Below the pieces are notes generated by a model that did not search any database, was not told the DNA's origin, and saw only the letters and a program-made list of their open reading frames with translations. Of a stretch of 64,000 nt of DNA, positions 60,420 to 64,000 are shown one piece after another. Within the stretch, counting starts at the first letter, position 1; every line of letters begins with the position of its first letter. Position numbers and translations under genes: made by a program. This DNA comes from Macrostomum lignano (Eukaryota). The DNA is taken from NCBI GenBank assembly GCA_002269645.1, contig NIVC01000930.1:1-64000 (forward strand). The letters are read 5' to 3'.

Positions 60420-62116
60420 TTTGCTGCAATCTGAAGCAATATATAGATAGAATTTAGGAATTGTAAAATAAAAGGCTATGATTAAATTGTCTAATATTTA
60501 TAGCAATCATATAATTTATAAATTTTATAAATTTGCTTTTGCTTATAAAAAGTTCTATATAAATCTATATATATAGGCAATTACTGGCTGACCTGGCCAA
60601 TCTAGCCACTATAATTTGTAGTAGACCAGGGTAAGTTGCACTTTTGCACTTTTAATATATACACAGGTCCTATAATTATAAATAACTTAGTAGATTCTTA
60701 ATTACTAGATTTTATATTTTGCATTGCACACTAATATTATTTACTATCATATTACTTATTATAAAATATAAAATATTACAGAGATATAGCATATAGTTTA
60801 TATAACTAGGAATAATTATTTATCTAATAGAAATAGATATTTTGTCTGCTAGCAAATAAAAGGTGACAAACAAAACCATTATATATCAAATTCTAATAAT
60901 TAAATAATTGACAAAAATCTAGACTAAAATATTAATAATATAGGCCTAAACAAATACAAATTGTGGGTATAATTTCTTATTATTTTTTAGCTTATTTGAT
61001 CTTAGAAGAAAAATACAACTTCCCTTGGCTCTGTAATATTTTAACTATTTCAATGATTAAAAATCAGATAGATTACCAAATAATAATATTTATAATTCAT
61101 TAAAAAGGTATACATTACATTACAACAAAGACAATAATAGAGAATTTAGGGAATTTCTATATTGTGTAAAAATCAAAATATTTATGTCTATATGATTTAT
61201 AGAACAAAATTAAAACTCAAAGTATTTGTTTGAATTATACATTATTGGACTACTTTCATTTGATATAGATTAGAATACTGAACATGTACTACTGTACTGT
61301 GGTTTTTGTGTTTTAATACCTAGAAATATATTACAAATTACACTAAAACTTTAGCTAGGTCATGCTAGATAGATAAAAGGTACACAAGCCTGCCTGTTCA
61401 GAAGTGGTTGCATAAAAAATTATAAGCTAAACTTAGACAATTCGGCATTTTAAAATACAAAAAAGCTGTAGAATCTGTTATGTTGCACGTGCAATCTACT
61501 TATGAACTAGGCAAGTTCGACATACTAATGTAATGGGACCGATTAATAGCAATCGGGTGTAGGGCATGTCTGGTGTTGGGTGTAGGGTATTTTATACATG
61601 GGCTGCAAATCTGTGAAGAACAGATTAATAATTTGCTAGACGTGTAACAGATTACGTTAAATCAGTGCCATTTGTGTTATTAAACGTGTAAGTACGTATA
61701 AACAAATCATACTGCTTTTTAACTGCAAAGGCGGAAATATATCCTCAAAATGTAAAAAATAGGCATCAAAAAAAGATATTACTGATACCTAAAAAAACCA
61801 TTCTATTATCTGCTTAGAAAACCCGTTTGCTTGTGTTATGAAACGTGGCCTTTTGATGTTGTAAGCACGTTAATATATCGGTAACAGGCTCTTCCACCGG
61901 TAAGATCTTCCCCATAATATCTCAGTAAGCTATACGACATGTGACCTTGGTATGAATGAACTAATACTAATAGATATGTCCGCATTTTATGCTTTACTTT
62001 GAATTTGATATAAAATTAACTGGGAAGAGTCCATATACATGTGCATGTAAAAAGCTATACAACTACATGTATAAATACCACTACGTACATGTAGTAGCTA
62101 CATGTGCATGTTAATG

Positions 62117-62255
62117 ACTGCTTAAGTAGAAGGACGGGAGACCTCGTTTCTTAAAAAATTAGGGTGCACGTTTTTTAGAAAAAATACTTGACGGAAATGG
62201 AGGCTTTCATTTTTCAGCACAAATATTGTATTTCTATTGATAGGAGGCGGATCCT
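62117..62255. mobile_element. Diverged single arm related to the 39301-39998 foldback MITE
   Basis: CTTAAGTAGAAGGACGGGAGACCTCGTTTCTTA...TTTTCAGCACAAA...TTGATAGGAGGCGGATCC aligns to 39311-39450. Confidence 0.75.
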
Positions 62256-62347
62256 ATGTACATGTAAGCTAAAGTGCTAGTGTTTCTCAATCGAAAAACT
62301 GGAACATATATTTTGCAGCATTTCATCATTGAAGCTTCAATAGAACT

Positions 62348-64000
62348 TGTGACAGTGACACTATGAACTTTGCAATAGGTTGCGTGCACTTAATTGTTGA
62401 CTCACTTGCATGTGAACGATATAATTGTTATTAACCGGCTTAGTGATTTGAATGGTATTATATCAACCCCCACCCCATGCGCGCTTGTATCTGTCTGCAC
62501 CCACCACCTCATTGCTAAACTAATAAAATAAGATCAGCCAAGTATACAGTAGCTCTCAAGAGTACAATTCAACACTATACTGCCTCACAGTTATTAAGAT
62601 ATCACAATGGCGACGAGTCCGCCCACGCTGGGCCAACTGTTACCATCTACAAGCATCGAGATATTCCTTGAGCGTCTCGAGCAGTACTTTACTACGGAGT
62701 CTTCCCAGCCGGACTAAAGTGGCGCGAAGTGTTGCGCTGACATGAGGAAGCTGCTGACAACACACTTTGCACCCAAGCCTTCGGAGATAGCTGCGAGATT
62801 CTGTTTCCAACAACGAACTTCTGCAACGAACTCCGTTTCCAAGAGCTTCACGGCATTCATCGCGGGGCTCCAGGCTCTGTCAGCTGACTGCAACTTCGGT
62901 TCTGCAGTCACACTGATGCCGCAGCGGCTGCAGAAAAAGTTTCTCCCTCAGCTAAAACTTCATGGCTCCATCGGCTGCAGTTCCGCGAACTTTCACCAAC
63001 GAACGCTTTCATCCGCGGGGCCAAGCCACAGGCCGAGCCAGCACAACGCCAAGCAGCTACAGCTACCGCTGCTTGTAGTCGACAAAGGAGACACGGCGCT
63101 GCTGAGACATGACTGGCTGGCTCACCTTCGGCGACTAATTTTGGCCCAGGTGCACGCGGCACACGACATCAGCGACCACCTGCATGTGAGATTCGCTGCG
63201 GTGTTCGGGGACCAACCTGGCGAATATCGACACGGAAAAGTGCGGCTCAACGTCGTCGACGGTGCCCAACCTTGGTTCTTTAAAGCCCGCCCGGTTCCGT
63301 GTGCACTACGAGAGCGCGTGGAAGAGGAGCTTCATAGACTGGAGGCCAACGGCATCATCATTTCGGCGGTCAAGCACAGCGACTGGGCCTCTCCGATCGT
63401 TCCGGTGGTCAAGAAGGATGGCGGCGTCAGGATTTGCGGTAATTATACGCAAACTTTCAACCCCGCGTGCCTGACCGAGCAGTACCCTCTGCCCAAGATC
63501 GAGGACCTGTTTGCCAAGATGGGAGGCGTCTGCAAGTGGGTAAAGCTCGATCTGTCCAATGCCTTCCTGCAGCTTGCGCTCGCCGAAGACAGCAAAGTCT
63601 TCGATCACGATCAACACACCCAAGGGACTCTACCGCATATGCCTTTTGGCATCAAGTGCGCCACTGCGATCTTCCAACGGACGCTGGACACTGCTAGGAG
63701 ATCTCGACTCTGTCCAGGTGTTTGTCGATGACATTTTGGTCACCGGCAAGACGATGCAGCAACATACGAAAAACTTAGGAGTTCTTTAGCTGCACCGCTT
63801 CCATCAATTCCTATACGGCCGGAGATTCACCATGGTAACTGATCACCTGCCGCTACTCGGGTTACTGGGCGAGCGGAAAGGAATCCCGGCACACGCTGCC
63901 GCTCGCATGTAGCGATGGGCGACCCGACTGGCGAGCTATGACTACACGCTAGAGTTTCGGCCGACGGAGAAGCACACCAACTGCGACTCGTTGTCCCGGC
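62348..64000 (+). mobile_element. Decayed Ty3/Gypsy LTR retrotransposon (probably Mag-like): putative 5' LTR, PBS, gag stub, protease end, RT and RNase H fragments; runs off the window
   Basis: The putative LTR is about 62348-62606 (TG...CA with AATAAA; left edge uncertain). PBS TGGCGACGAG is at 62608-62617. Coding motifs are LPLLVVDKGDTALLRHDWL, ARPVP, WASPIVPVVKKDGGVRICGNY, YPLPKIEDLF, KLDLSNAF, MPFGI, VFVDDILVTG and FLYGRRFTMVTDHLPL...RWA..LASYDY. Frameshifts, stops and large internal deletions are present. Confidence 0.92.

Overview
This is eukaryotic (metazoan) genomic DNA, not a prokaryotic locus. Its GC-rich internal exons, minisatellite-filled introns and AT-rich spacers look like a free-living flatworm of the Macrostomum type, but that assignment is an unverified inference. 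By walking GT/AG sites and splice phases I reconstructed seven protein-coding genes: a 3-exon Ly6/three-finger GPI-type gene missed by the ORF track (-), an intronless ITPA homolog (+), PDCD4 (+, 4 exons), a cytospin/SPECC1-like gene (-, 6 exons), an EPT1/SELENOI-like gene (-, 7 exons), an orphan 2-TM gene (-, 2 exons) and HYOU1/GRP170 (-, 19 exons, 997 aa, ending DDEL). Mobile DNA comprises three CORE-like SINE copies, a non-LTR RNase H/CCHC remnant, several TIR elements with 8-bp TSDs, two foldback MITEs and a decayed Ty3/Gypsy element at the right edge. Almost all long low-complexity ORFs in the track are translations of tandem repeats. The best leads are: (1) a Lys/Ala- and Arg-rich ORF nested in the last HYOU1 intron, preceded by a 21-bp array of alternating DR5/DR4 nuclear-receptor-type half-sites; (2) an ITPA whose purine-specificity residues are altered; (3) dense TAGGCCTA/TACATGTA clusters shaped like transposon excision footprints. 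I found no clearly novel multi-gene system, and the leads are hypotheses.
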